A program made the position numbers and the translations under genes. A stretch of DNA of 59,898 nt from Actinomycetes bacterium (GTDB taxonomy: Bacteria > Actinomycetota > Acidimicrobiia > Acidimicrobiales > JAKAVM01): positions 1 to 59,898 of the forward strand of contig JAKAVM010000058.1 of the NCBI GenBank assembly GCA_021827485.1, read 5' to 3'. Shown piece by piece: positions 16,221 to 25,804 of the stretch (the stretch's first letter is position 1; each line of letters begins with the position of its first letter). The notes under the pieces were generated by a model, which made no database searches, was not told the DNA's origin, and was given only the letters and a program-made list of their open reading frames with translations.

Positions 16221-17558
16221 ATGTTAAGCAAAGACCCAGCCACGTTGAGCCCTCGTGAGTTGTTTGACGGACGTTACAGGGTCGAGCGGCTACTGGGGAC
16301 AGGAGATCGCAAGGTAACCTACCTGGCAATCGACGAAAAACATGATCGTCAAGTAGCGCTGAGTGTTGTACGGCCAAATGCGCTTCCGCAAGATCCGGAT
16401 GGCACAGAGCGGGAAGCAAAGGTGCTTGGGCGGATCGGCAGCCACGACAACATCGTTTCGCTGTACGAATCCGAGATCGAGTCAATTCCCCAGTACATCG
16501 TGTTTGAGTATCTTGCAGGGGGGACCCTCGCCACCTTCCTGCGCCAGTCGTGTCCGCTCCCAGCGGAGACAATTTACCGCCTTGCACGCCAGGTATGTCG
16601 TGGATTGGCCCACCTACACGATAAGGGTGTTATTCACCGTGACCTTTCGCCTGCAAATATCTGGCTAGACGAGCGCGGGACTGCCCATCTGGGCGATTTC
16701 GATTCTGCCATCAGGCTCGGGGATAGCGACCAGCGGTGCCCCATAACCACGAATACCTTCGCCGCCCCAGAGGAGAAGAGCGGTGAAGCCTTAGATGTTC
16801 GCTCCGACTTGTTTTCCCTCGGCGGGCTCCTCTATGTACTGGCTATGGGCGGTGACCGACTTGGAGATGTCCGAGGGCTTCGGAGCCAGCGCACCGATCT
16901 ACCGTCATCTTTCTCTGACCTCGTTGAAGCGCTCGTGGCCTGGTCACCAACGGACCGCCCAGCCGATGCTAATGCAGTCTTGACGTGGCTTGAGCAGATT
17001 CGTAACGCTTCCAATCTCGGAAGCCTTCTCAAACAAGAGGAAAGCAATCACCTCGAGTTCAAAGCATCGCTCCTTCACCTGCACAGTCCTTTGCCAGAGG
17101 CGCTGAAGAAGAGGGTGGATAATGATACCTTGACGGTCGAGCAGGCACAAGGCGAAGCAAGGGGTGGAGTGAAGCGTGCCGCGGCCAAGACGATCTGCGC
17201 TTTCCTAAACAGCGAAGGTGGCACGCTCGTCATTGGAGTTACCGACGCTCGAGACGTTGTCGGCATCGAACCGGATTTTGCTTACTTGGGCGCGCGTCAG
17301 GATGCCGACGGGTGGCTCAACGAGTTCCAAATGTTAGTTAAAAGCACGTTGGGACCGGACACTTGGAGCTGCATCCGCGTTTCGCTTACACAGCATGAAG
17401 GTGCCACTGTCGCGCTCGTAGATTGTCCTCGGCGAGCCATCGACACATGGTTGACAATGGAGAAAAAGCAAGAGTTCTTTATCCGAGCTGCCAATGGAAC
17501 CGAAGCGTTAGAGGGACCGCGCCTCGTCAAGTATGTACGCGAGCACTGGATGTCATGA
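16221..17558 (+). CDS. Ser/Thr protein kinase fused to a Schlafen/AlbA_2 domain
   Basis: Kinase motifs HRDLSPAN, GDFD, APEE, SDLFSLG. C-terminal EESNHLEFKASL and ICAFLNSEGGTLVIGVTD. Confidence 0.88.
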   Translation: MLSKDPATLSPRELFDGRYRVERLLGTGDRKVTYLAIDEKHDRQVALSVVRPNALPQDPDGTEREAKVLGRIGSHDNIVSLYESEIESIPQYIVFEYLAGGTLATFLRQSCPLPAETIYRLARQVCRGLAHLHDKGVIHRDLSPANIWLDERGTAHLGDFDSAIRLGDSDQRCPITTNTFAAPEEKSGEALDVRSDLFSLGGLLYVLAMGGDRLGDVRGLRSQRTDLPSSFSDLVEALVAWSPTDRPADANAVLTWLEQIRNASNLGSLLKQEESNHLEFKASLLHLHSPLPEALKKRVDNDTLTVEQAQGEARGGVKRAAAKTICAFLNSEGGTLVIGVTDARDVVGIEPDFAYLGARQDADGWLNEFQMLVKSTLGPDTWSCIRVSLTQHEGATVALVDCPRRAIDTWLTMEKKQEFFIRAANGTEALEGPRLVKYVREHWMS

Positions 17559-17694
17559 TCAGCGATCGGCGAGTAAGAGGGGGATTGAAGGCCAAGCTCG
17601 GGCGCAACTTCCATCTGCTCATGGCATTGGCCACCTACGAGCGCATTCCCTTTGATGGCAAAGAGTTGTCACAGGTTGGAGGTACTCTTTCCTG

Positions 17695-18849
17695 ATGGCC
17701 GTATCTACGAGGGTTGAAGTAAAACCGGAGTTGCTGGCTTGGGCACGCGAGCGCTCTGGCCTCGACCCTAGCTACCTAGAACATCGTTTCCCGATGTTGA
17801 ACGACTGGAAACAAGGAAACCGTCAACCTACTCTCAAGCAATTGGAGGACTTTGCTCGCGCTACCCACACCCCTATCGGTTTCATGTTTCTATCAGAGCC
17901 ACCCGAAGAGCGCTTGCCGATTCCCGACTACCGCACGGTCGGTGATTTAGGTATTATCCGCCCCAGCCCAAACCTTTTGGACACTATCTTCCAATGCCAA
18001 CAACGTCAGGAGTGGTACAAAGAGTTCGCACAAGTTACGCGCGAAGATGCTGTCAGCCTAATTGGATCGCTAACGATGTCGATGCGCGTCAATGAAGCAG
18101 CTGACATAATAAGAGAGGCGCTTGGGTTCTCCATTAGTGAACGTGGTTCAACATGGACTGAAGCACTTCGAATCCTCATCGATCAAGCCGAGAAACTCGG
18201 GGTGCTAGTCATGGTTAGCGGAGTGGTAGGGAGTAATAACTATCGCAAGCTGGATCCTCGGGAGTTTCGTGGCTTTGCCCTCGTTGATCAACTTGCCCCA
18301 CTAGTGTTCATAAACGGTGCGGACACGAAGGCGGCTCAGATCTTTACCTTAACGCATGAACTTGTCCATCTCTTCCTGGGTGAAACAGCTCTTGATGACG
18401 TCGACCTTGCCTCAGCTCCCACGATCCCCACTGAACGCTGGTGCAATCAAGTAGCGGCCGAACTTCTCGTCCCGAAGGCGTTATTGGACACCGATTTCGA
18501 CGGAGAAACCCAACCCACAGAAGAACTCGAGCGCCTTGCAAGGAAATTCAAGGTGAGCACCCTCGTCCTTCTTCGTCGTGTCCATGACATCGGTCGCCTG
18601 GATTGGGATAGCTACAAGCAGGCTTATCGAGATGAGCTAGCGCGGATCCTGCAGATATTGGGCGAGCGACCATCAGGACGTGGAAACTTCTTCAATACTC
18701 AGCCTGCCCGGGTGAGTAAGCGCTTCGCCCGAGCCGTCATCACGAGTACTTTAGAGGGTCAGACCCTTCATCGCGATGCGTTTCAAATGTTGGGCTTCAA
18801 GAAACTTTCTACTTTCGAGGAGTTAGTTAGTCGGCTTGGTGCTGGCTAA
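17695..18849 (+). CDS. XRE-HTH + ImmA/IrrE (Peptidase_M78) metallopeptidase
   Basis: N-terminal LAWARERSG...PTLKQL HTH, FTLTHELVH (HExxH), ERWCNQVAAELL. Confidence 0.92.
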   Translation: MAVSTRVEVKPELLAWARERSGLDPSYLEHRFPMLNDWKQGNRQPTLKQLEDFARATHTPIGFMFLSEPPEERLPIPDYRTVGDLGIIRPSPNLLDTIFQCQQRQEWYKEFAQVTREDAVSLIGSLTMSMRVNEAADIIREALGFSISERGSTWTEALRILIDQAEKLGVLVMVSGVVGSNNYRKLDPREFRGFALVDQLAPLVFINGADTKAAQIFTLTHELVHLFLGETALDDVDLASAPTIPTERWCNQVAAELLVPKALLDTDFDGETQPTEELERLARKFKVSTLVLLRRVHDIGRLDWDSYKQAYRDELARILQILGERPSGRGNFFNTQPARVSKRFARAVITSTLEGQTLHRDAFQMLGFKKLSTFEELVSRLGAG

Positions 18850-19337
18850 TGGCGTATCTACTTGACACGAACGTCTTTATCGACGCTAAAAATCGCTATT
18901 ACGGATTCGATTTCTGTCCAGCTTTTTGGGAATGGATCGATCAAGCTCACGTCGACGGAATAGTGTTTAGTATCGACAAAGTAGCGAGTGAGCTAAATAT
19001 CATAGATGACGAACTCTCCACCTGGGCCAACCAACACACTAATGAGTTTTTTCTAGAGGCTGATGCCGCATTGATTCCGAGCCTTCGGATCACCAGCAAC
19101 TGGGCAAACGGTGCAGGCTATGAGCCTGCGGCAGTCGCTACTTTCCTCCAAGACGTCGATTATTACCTTGTAGCGCGTGCTCACGCACTTGGTTATGTAG
19201 TGGTCACCCACGAAGTAGTCTCGACCTCCAAGAAGAAGATAAAGATTCCCGACGCTTGCCTTGGCATCGGCGTGAGATATCTAACACCGTTTGAAATGCT
19301 TCGGATCGAAAGAGCTAGATTTGTCATCTCATCGTGA
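18849..19337 (+). CDS. DUF4411 family PIN-like protein
   Basis: YLLDTNVFI, YY.FD.CP.FW.W, VVTHE, KIKIPDAC; TAATG overlap with the upstream gene. Confidence 0.9.
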   Translation: MAYLLDTNVFIDAKNRYYGFDFCPAFWEWIDQAHVDGIVFSIDKVASELNIIDDELSTWANQHTNEFFLEADAALIPSLRITSNWANGAGYEPAAVATFLQDVDYYLVARAHALGYVVVTHEVVSTSKKKIKIPDACLGIGVRYLTPFEMLRIERARFVISS

Positions 19338-22192
19338 GATCCTCCGACGGATTACGGAATAGTGATGTCGCACCCTTCTGTTACCCTTCAAACATGAAAC
19401 ACTTTTTGAAGTTCGTTATGCGGCTGGTACTTATTGTGGCTTTAGGCATGCTCTTTCTCGTCCAAACCTTAGCCTCGCCTGTCTTTGGCGGCTCATATGG
19501 ACCAAAATCTTTGGTGGGGCAATCTGACCAATTAGCTAGAAATCACCTTGTAAGAATGGAACCCGCTCTTGCGCCCGATGCAAGGGTGGTGGGCGTACCG
19601 CCCATGATTAGGGTGGACATCACTTTGAAACTGTCTCATCCGGTTCAAGCAGCCCGCTTTGCCTACGAGGTATCGGATCCTAAATCATCACTTTTCCGTC
19701 ACTTTTTGGCCAAAGGACAGTTCAACCAAGATTTTGGACCAAGCCCAAGCGAAGTTCATCGTGTGCAAGGTGAGTTGGCTTCACTTGGACTTTCCACGTC
19801 AGTGCAGCCTGTCGGATATGTATTAGAAGCTTACGCTCCTACCAAGACAGTCGACGATGCTTTCCATACCAGGGTTGACAATTTTATGATGCCTGGTAAC
19901 AGAATTGCTCATTCAAATATATCGCCTGTGTACTTACCTTCTAACATATCGCCAGACGTTATGAATATAACGGGGCTCTCCGATGTATCCCAAGCGGTGC
20001 CGCAGGGTAATCTAAGTCCCTCCTTGAAGCAACCATATTCCAAGACTGGCAAGACTCGCTTAGCTACCGGAGGACCTCAACCTTGCCAAAGTGCAGTAAG
20101 CACGGGAGCACTAACTGCTGACCAGTTAGCTAGTGCTTATAGCTTCAGTGGAGCTTATCAAGCTGGCTATGAGGGCCAGGGAGAGACTATTGCTCTAGTT
20201 GAGTTAGGTTCTGGCTGGAATCCTAACGATATATACACTTATGAATCATGTTACGGGATCAACAATGACATCCACTACGTGGATGTAGACGGCGCGGACT
20301 ATGAAACCATGAACAGTGGAAGCTTTGAACCTACTCTGGACATAGAAGATGCAGTAAGTCTGGCCCCTCAGGCTAAGATCATTACCTATGAAACGCCAGA
20401 TCTTTCTATTCTATCGGAACAGGATGCCTTATCGGCTATTGCCTCAAATGATTCAAGTCAAATAGTAAGTATTAGCTATGGAGGCTGTGAAGATCCATAT
20501 GGCGACCAGTCCATCAACACAATCCTCGAACAGTTAGCATCTCAGGGAAATAGTATCTTTGCCGCCTCCGGCGACACCGGTGCAAACTGTTCCGACATAA
20601 CTAGTAACGGGACTACTTATAGTCTTGGGGTATCATTCCCTGCAAGTAGCCCCTACGTTACCGGCGTAGGTGGAACGCAAATGAGTTCAGTGGGACCACC
20701 ACCTGTCGAATCTACTTGGAATGATGGAACGGGCTCCAACGGGGTTATTGCCGCATCAGGAGGAGGCTGCTCTAAGGAATTTTACCAACCACAGTTTCAA
20801 GCTAACTATTTTGGCGATACCTATCCCAATAGCACATACTGTAGGGAAGTTCCCGATGTATCGGCACTTGCGGGTTCGCCCGGATATTCCGTGTACTACT
20901 CAGGGTCTTCAACTAATGGCACTATCGGTTGGCAGATCGGGGGAGGCACAAGCGCCGCGAGTCCCCTATGGGCGGCACTTCTTGCGGTTAGCAACTCAGA
21001 TTGCAATCGTGATTTTGGCCCTATCAATCCGTCAATTTACAAATACTCTTCGCAATACCTAAACGACGTAACCTCGGGAAACAATGGGTATTATTACGCC
21101 GGAGTTGGATATGACATGACGACAGGGCTTGGATCTCCCAATGGAAGTGCATTTATGTGCACTGTAGGAAGTCCAACGGCTACAACCACAACAACTTCGA
21201 CAACTTTGTCACCAACTACTACAACAACGACTACTTCAACTACGTCGCCGATCATCAACATACCAACGACTACTTCAACAACATTGTCACCAACTACTAC
21301 AACGGTGGCACCTACAACTACTCTCCCAGCGACAACAACCGCTGCCCCTCCACAAAATCCAGTCCCAAAGAACAACCAGCCTGGGTACTGGTTATTGGGC
21401 TCTGATGGAAGTGTCTATAGTTTTGGTTCTGCGAACTTTTATGGCTCAGCATCTGCATTGGGTCCGGCTAGCGCTATGGCTGCAACCGCCGATGGAGGGG
21501 GCTATTGGCTTGCATCTTCTAACGGTGCTGTCCAAGCTTTTGGGGATGCAATCGACTATCCTCTTAGCGCATTTCCAACAACTTCAGTTGTTGCAATTGC
21601 TTCCACCCGTGACGGCAACGGATTCTGGTTGGCAACTTCAGGAGGTCAAGTCATTGAAGCTGGAGATGCGCAAGCCTACGGTTCTCCTGCCCTACAAGGT
21701 ATTTCTCTCACCGCTCCCATTATCGCAATGGCTGTTACTAAGAGTGGAGATGGCTATTGGCTGGTAGCTGCTGATGGTGGGATATTTAGCTTTGGCAATG
21801 CAAGTTTTTATGGTTCATCTGGTCAAATCAATCCTGCATTTGCCGCCGGTGGGTCTAACTCCTTTGTGCCCAATAAGCCGATAATCGGAATTGTCGCTAC
21901 CGTTGATGGAGGCGGCTACTGGATGGTTGGAACTGATGGTGGGGTCTTTGCTTTTGGCGATGCAGGATTTGTTGGATCATCTGGCCAAATCAATCCGGCA
22001 CTTCCCGCTGGTGGGTCTAACTCCTTTGTCCCCAATAAACCAATAATCGGAATTGTTGCCAGCGCTGATGGAGGCGGCTACTGGATGGTTGGGGCTGATG
22101 GTGGAGTCTTTGCTTTTGGCGATGCAGGATTTGTTGGATCCCTTGGGAACAACCCACCGGCCAATCCAATTGTTGCAATCGTAGGCGACTAA
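19334..22192 (+). CDS. Secreted S53 (sedolisin/kumamolisin) peptidase with Thr-rich linker and C-terminal GYW-repeat domain (start probably ~19394)
   Basis: Pro-domain, EPTLDIED, ASGDTG, VPDVSA, GGTSAASP, YDMTTGLGSP; GYWLVAADGGIFSFG repeats. Confidence 0.9.
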   Translation: MRSSDGLRNSDVAPFCYPSNMKHFLKFVMRLVLIVALGMLFLVQTLASPVFGGSYGPKSLVGQSDQLARNHLVRMEPALAPDARVVGVPPMIRVDITLKLSHPVQAARFAYEVSDPKSSLFRHFLAKGQFNQDFGPSPSEVHRVQGELASLGLSTSVQPVGYVLEAYAPTKTVDDAFHTRVDNFMMPGNRIAHSNISPVYLPSNISPDVMNITGLSDVSQAVPQGNLSPSLKQPYSKTGKTRLATGGPQPCQSAVSTGALTADQLASAYSFSGAYQAGYEGQGETIALVELGSGWNPNDIYTYESCYGINNDIHYVDVDGADYETMNSGSFEPTLDIEDAVSLAPQAKIITYETPDLSILSEQDALSAIASNDSSQIVSISYGGCEDPYGDQSINTILEQLASQGNSIFAASGDTGANCSDITSNGTTYSLGVSFPASSPYVTGVGGTQMSSVGPPPVESTWNDGTGSNGVIAASGGGCSKEFYQPQFQANYFGDTYPNSTYCREVPDVSALAGSPGYSVYYSGSSTNGTIGWQIGGGTSAASPLWAALLAVSNSDCNRDFGPINPSIYKYSSQYLNDVTSGNNGYYYAGVGYDMTTGLGSPNGSAFMCTVGSPTATTTTTSTTLSPTTTTTTTSTTSPIINIPTTTSTTLSPTTTTVAPTTTLPATTTAAPPQNPVPKNNQPGYWLLGSDGSVYSFGSANFYGSASALGPASAMAATADGGGYWLASSNGAVQAFGDAIDYPLSAFPTTSVVAIASTRDGNGFWLATSGGQVIEAGDAQAYGSPALQGISLTAPIIAMAVTKSGDGYWLVAADGGIFSFGNASFYGSSGQINPAFAAGGSNSFVPNKPIIGIVATVDGGGYWMVGTDGGVFAFGDAGFVGSSGQINPALPAGGSNSFVPNKPIIGIVASADGGGYWMVGADGGVFAFGDAGFVGSLGNNPPANPIVAIVGD
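21812..22140 (+). repeat. 162-bp internal tandem duplication (54-aa repeat)
   Basis: GSSGQINPA..AGGSNSFVPNKPIIGIVA..DGGGYWMVG.DGGVFAFGDAGFV occurs twice. Confidence 0.85.
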
Positions 22193-22276
22193 CAACTTAT
22201 CGTAGACCGATAGCTATGAGGTAGAACGAATATAGTTTATCTTAGGACATCCGAGAGTGCCTGGTGAGAAATAGTC

Positions 22277-23134
22277 CTATTGAAGCAAGAACTGGAAGTT
22301 ATTACGAAGCCTCTCGATGTATGTTACGCAGATGACTTCGACGGTGTCGGCTTGCATGGCGGGAAACAGCGCACGCTGTGCCATGAGAACCCCACTACCT
22401 CCACGGCGGCCAAATAGCTCATCAAGATATTGAATCGCATTGCGAGTTGGCTCGCCGGCAATCTCGTTTTCAATGAGCATTGCGAATGTGGTCGCCATTT
22501 CTGACGGAATTGTTACTTGCATGAGACGAAGGACATCGGCAGCATCCTTGTCATTGAGCCGGTTGATTTTGTTGACGGCGACGCGGTCATGAATTTTGTG
22601 TGCCTTTGCGATCAAGAGTGCTGCGACTCCAGCGACATCCACCTCAATTGAACGCATATCCAAGGAATCGAGCGCTGCAATTATCATCGGCGATCTATCG
22701 ATGAGCGCTGCTTCGAGACCAGCAGCTTTGCGAGCGGCAGAGTTACCGTGGCCACCGAGCCGCACTCCTCTCCTACCACCCCTAGGTGCAAACCCGTCAG
22801 GAACTATCAAGTCGACAGGGACCATGACCCGTTGGCCATCAATATCGGCCGGAGCTTCCCAGATCCCCGGTTGATGACGATCTCCAAGTTTCAGAGAGAA
22901 GTTTGCTGATTTCATCGCCTCTTCGAGCTGTGGGAATTCGGAAAGTAACGATGGATTGATAACCAAGTCGCCATCGATAGTAAACGGCGCGATGGCAAGA
23001 TCAGAGTTACCACTACGTAGATATACAGCTTGGGCACCGCAAAGGATCACAGCACGGCCGTGAGGAGCAAGCGCAAATAGAGCATCGAGGAGTATTCGGC
23101 GCGCTGCGACGTATCGGGGATCAAACTCCATCAC
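22277..23134 (-). CDS. AbiEii-like nucleotidyltransferase toxin (type IV TA)
   Basis: LCGAQAVY...T.DGDL (G..A/DxD), AKAHK, KDAADV.RL. Confidence 0.75.
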   Translation of the reverse strand: MMEFDPRYVAARRILLDALFALAPHGRAVILCGAQAVYLRSGNSDLAIAPFTIDGDLVINPSLLSEFPQLEEAMKSANFSLKLGDRHQPGIWEAPADIDGQRVMVPVDLIVPDGFAPRGGRRGVRLGGHGNSAARKAAGLEAALIDRSPMIIAALDSLDMRSIEVDVAGVAALLIAKAHKIHDRVAVNKINRLNDKDAADVLRLMQVTIPSEMATTFAMLIENEIAGEPTRNAIQYLDELFGRRGGSGVLMAQRALFPAMQADTVEVICVTYIERLRNNFQFLLQ

Positions 23135-23185
23135 AACGCCCCAAGCGGGCTGAGGCTTGTATCGTCGAGGAAGTCACTTTATGAA

Positions 23186-24328
23186 TTACTCGTTGCTTTT
23201 TGCAATGTTGCGATTGCGCAGCTGAGTTATCGACGCTGTCCGCCACTGCGCTTCATTTCGAAGCATCCAGTCGATAAGTGCTGATCCTTCCGCTGGCATT
23301 CTTCCGTTACCCGTGAGACAGTCGACGACAACTTGAGAGGGTGCAGCGTATTTAACAATGTCTATCTGTGTTACGCGTTCCCAAACGACAGGATCGAACG
23401 GGCGTAGAAGAATAACATTCGCACCCCGGTCCGCTGGTATGAGCCCGAGTGCTCGCGCAGTGTTGTCGACATCGCTGCAAAATGCAGCCAATAGCGTTGG
23501 GGCGGAGACAGGAGCCCAGCGAATCGCTGCAAATGAACCGGTTACTGCGACTTGAGTTTCATCAGGAATACAAGAAAGTTGCCCAATTACATTTTCAGGA
23601 CCCATTGGTGCTACAAACATTGATGCATCATTTGAATTGAGTAGATCATAGGATTCTGCCCACCTCCGCAACAGAGCTGCGATGTCAATACTTTCCACAT
23701 GTCCGGAGCGCGACCGCTCTATTAGAGCTTCGCTATTGAGAGTATCGAGCAAGCGAGAGACGTACCCGGGCGCAAGGCCAATCGCTTTTGCGATTTCGGT
23801 AACTCCATAGGGAGGCCTCACATCGACGAGCAGACGGATGAGTCTTGCTGCTTTAGGTCCTCTTACCCTTGCCGCACCACGTGCCAACGGCTCTGGATCG
23901 TGCGTTGCTCCCTGGGTACTAATAAAGAGAGTCGGATATTCGAGCCGAATCGAGACATTCCCGGTAAGGTCGAAGTAATTGATGCCCTGCGCTCTGAGTA
24001 GCTCCTGGGATCGCGCGCTAAGCCATGGAGCAATAACTAGTATCGGGATCTGGGGAGAGAGGTTCCGGACTGTTCGGGCAATACCGGAGAGGAGAAGTTC
24101 TGCGTCACGTGGAGCAAATGAGCGGCGAACCTCAATGGCAATTGTAATGAAATTAGTGGGTGTCGTGATATCGATTGCCGTGTCTGCGAAAGCCGTACTG
24201 TTCCGCTCGGAGCTGAGATCCGACCGGCTGGATCGCTTTATGGTCCACTTACTGGGCAGGCGATCTTGGAGCCAGGAAACAGCGGCGTTGATCAGCTCTG
24301 TTTCTTCTGTAGTCGGATTTGCGATCAT
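23186..24328 (-). CDS. AbiEi-like antitoxin / wHTH transcriptional regulator
   Basis: GINYFDLTGN, HTH VTEIAKAIGLAPGYVSRLL, AVTGSFAA, GANV.L, SQVVVDCL...GR; upstream of the NTase. Confidence 0.75.
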   Translation of the reverse strand: MIANPTTEETELINAAVSWLQDRLPSKWTIKRSSRSDLSSERNSTAFADTAIDITTPTNFITIAIEVRRSFAPRDAELLLSGIARTVRNLSPQIPILVIAPWLSARSQELLRAQGINYFDLTGNVSIRLEYPTLFISTQGATHDPEPLARGAARVRGPKAARLIRLLVDVRPPYGVTEIAKAIGLAPGYVSRLLDTLNSEALIERSRSGHVESIDIAALLRRWAESYDLLNSNDASMFVAPMGPENVIGQLSCIPDETQVAVTGSFAAIRWAPVSAPTLLAAFCSDVDNTARALGLIPADRGANVILLRPFDPVVWERVTQIDIVKYAAPSQVVVDCLTGNGRMPAEGSALIDWMLRNEAQWRTASITQLRNRNIAKSNE

Positions 24329-24428
24329 GGCAATTTAGTATAACAGAAAAATATTGCCTGTAACTAGCCATTTGCTTTTATGACAAAACAGCTGATATAG
24401 GAAATCTTTTCTGCAGTACGTTTGGCCT

Positions 24429-25778
24429 CTAAGTGGTCGGAACTCCCGTTGAACTCATTGGCTGAGTTATCTGATTGAGCTGCGAACTCGATAGAGCAGG
24501 AATCTGCGAATAGGTCTCAGTCTGCGTAGAGATCTGAGAGTTAAGGGAGGCTTCCATTTGCGACAACGTCTCAACCTGTGATGCTGGCGGGACAACTACT
24601 TGAACTTGCTCTCCGAAGTTCGAGAATCCTTCAGTAAGGCTAATATCCATGGACATACTCATCGACTTGCTGGCTCCACTGGAAGTATTCGCACTTGAGC
24701 CAGAAGAAGGCAAGTTTCCAATTGTAACTACAACAGGTAAGTCGGCGCTATCTTGAATAATATTTCCAGCCGAGTCTATCCAGACATCAATGGTACCACC
24801 GTCAAACGATATATTTTCAGTCATGCCCATAGCCTTTGTTGAACAGTTCATATTGTTCAGGTCAAGCTTTGCATCGTAACGAGTGGCTTGCAACCCTCCA
24901 ATGCTTTGGGTCCCTTGATCGGTTACTTGAGATGAAATTGAATTCAAAAGACCGAGCACAGATTGCGGGCTGCTAAAGGGACTAAGACTGCTCGCTTGCG
25001 TTGTCCCGCTACTAAATAGATTGCCGCCACTGCAATTAGAAATTTGAGAAGCCAAGCTAGCCGATGTTTGGGCAGGAGTAGAAATCCAAGACTTCCCCTG
25101 ACTTAGTGGCAAGCTTGGAGCTTGAATGTAGACAGTAGAAGGAGTTTGAACAATATTCATCGATTGGGCAGTGCTGGTGATGCCAGACAACGATAAGCTT
25201 CCCGATCCAGTGTTATTTCCAAAGTTGAAATCCATGCTTCCACTAAAATCTCCAGTACCGAAATTGCCCGCTAAAGAAGCCTTTCCAAGAGAGATACCAA
25301 CCTTGCCTGTCAATGTCACATGAGCTGTTTTCTCAGAGGTAGTTTGCTGATATGCAGCCAGCACTACCTTCTTATTCGCAATTCTTGAGTTACCGTTTAC
25401 CAACACAACCGCAACTGCCGCCAAGATTAGAAACAGAGCAACTCCTTGAGCTACTAGCATGCGTCGCTTTTTGGAGTTCTTGTTAGCGACTTTCGGTAAA
25501 ATTCGATCTGTCTGGGCCCATGGCAAACTCGGATCCATCCCCTGGGGACCCGGCAGTGAAACTGGCCAGTTGGTTGGTTCCCAACTTGCAAAAAGTGCCC
25601 ACGCTTGAGACCAACCATACGCATCAGGGCTAAAAATAGCTACGGGAAGCTGGAATTGATTTGCGCTGTAACTATCCCATATCGCGTAGGACCCAGGTTC
25701 TACCCCAGCATAGCTAGCACCTGAGATGAGCTGTCCCAGTTGAAACCTATACCCTTGATAGGAAATGACATCAGGCAT
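24429..25778 (-). CDS. Membrane-anchored Ser-rich protein, LppX/LprAFG-like extracellular domain
   Basis: Single TM after KKRR, then GKSWI, G...IGG..ATRY and DVWID..G.I patterns. Confidence 0.55.
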   Translation of the reverse strand: MPDVISYQGYRFQLGQLISGASYAGVEPGSYAIWDSYSANQFQLPVAIFSPDAYGWSQAWALFASWEPTNWPVSLPGPQGMDPSLPWAQTDRILPKVANKNSKKRRMLVAQGVALFLILAAVAVVLVNGNSRIANKKVVLAAYQQTTSEKTAHVTLTGKVGISLGKASLAGNFGTGDFSGSMDFNFGNNTGSGSLSLSGITSTAQSMNIVQTPSTVYIQAPSLPLSQGKSWISTPAQTSASLASQISNCSGGNLFSSGTTQASSLSPFSSPQSVLGLLNSISSQVTDQGTQSIGGLQATRYDAKLDLNNMNCSTKAMGMTENISFDGGTIDVWIDSAGNIIQDSADLPVVVTIGNLPSSGSSANTSSGASKSMSMSMDISLTEGFSNFGEQVQVVVPPASQVETLSQMEASLNSQISTQTETYSQIPALSSSQLNQITQPMSSTGVPTT

Positions 25779-25804
25779 TTTTACTCACTAACATCCAATT
25801 CTAG

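Noticed and set aside
19334-22192. S53 protease as part of the defence system
   Set aside because: It is a secreted, host-like surface protein; its location is probably incidental.
7700-24430. Prophage, ICE or integrase-bounded element
   Set aside because: No integrase, transposase, structural or conjugation genes, and I found no flanking direct repeats by eye. The phage Gp37Gp68 label alone is not evidence of a prophage.
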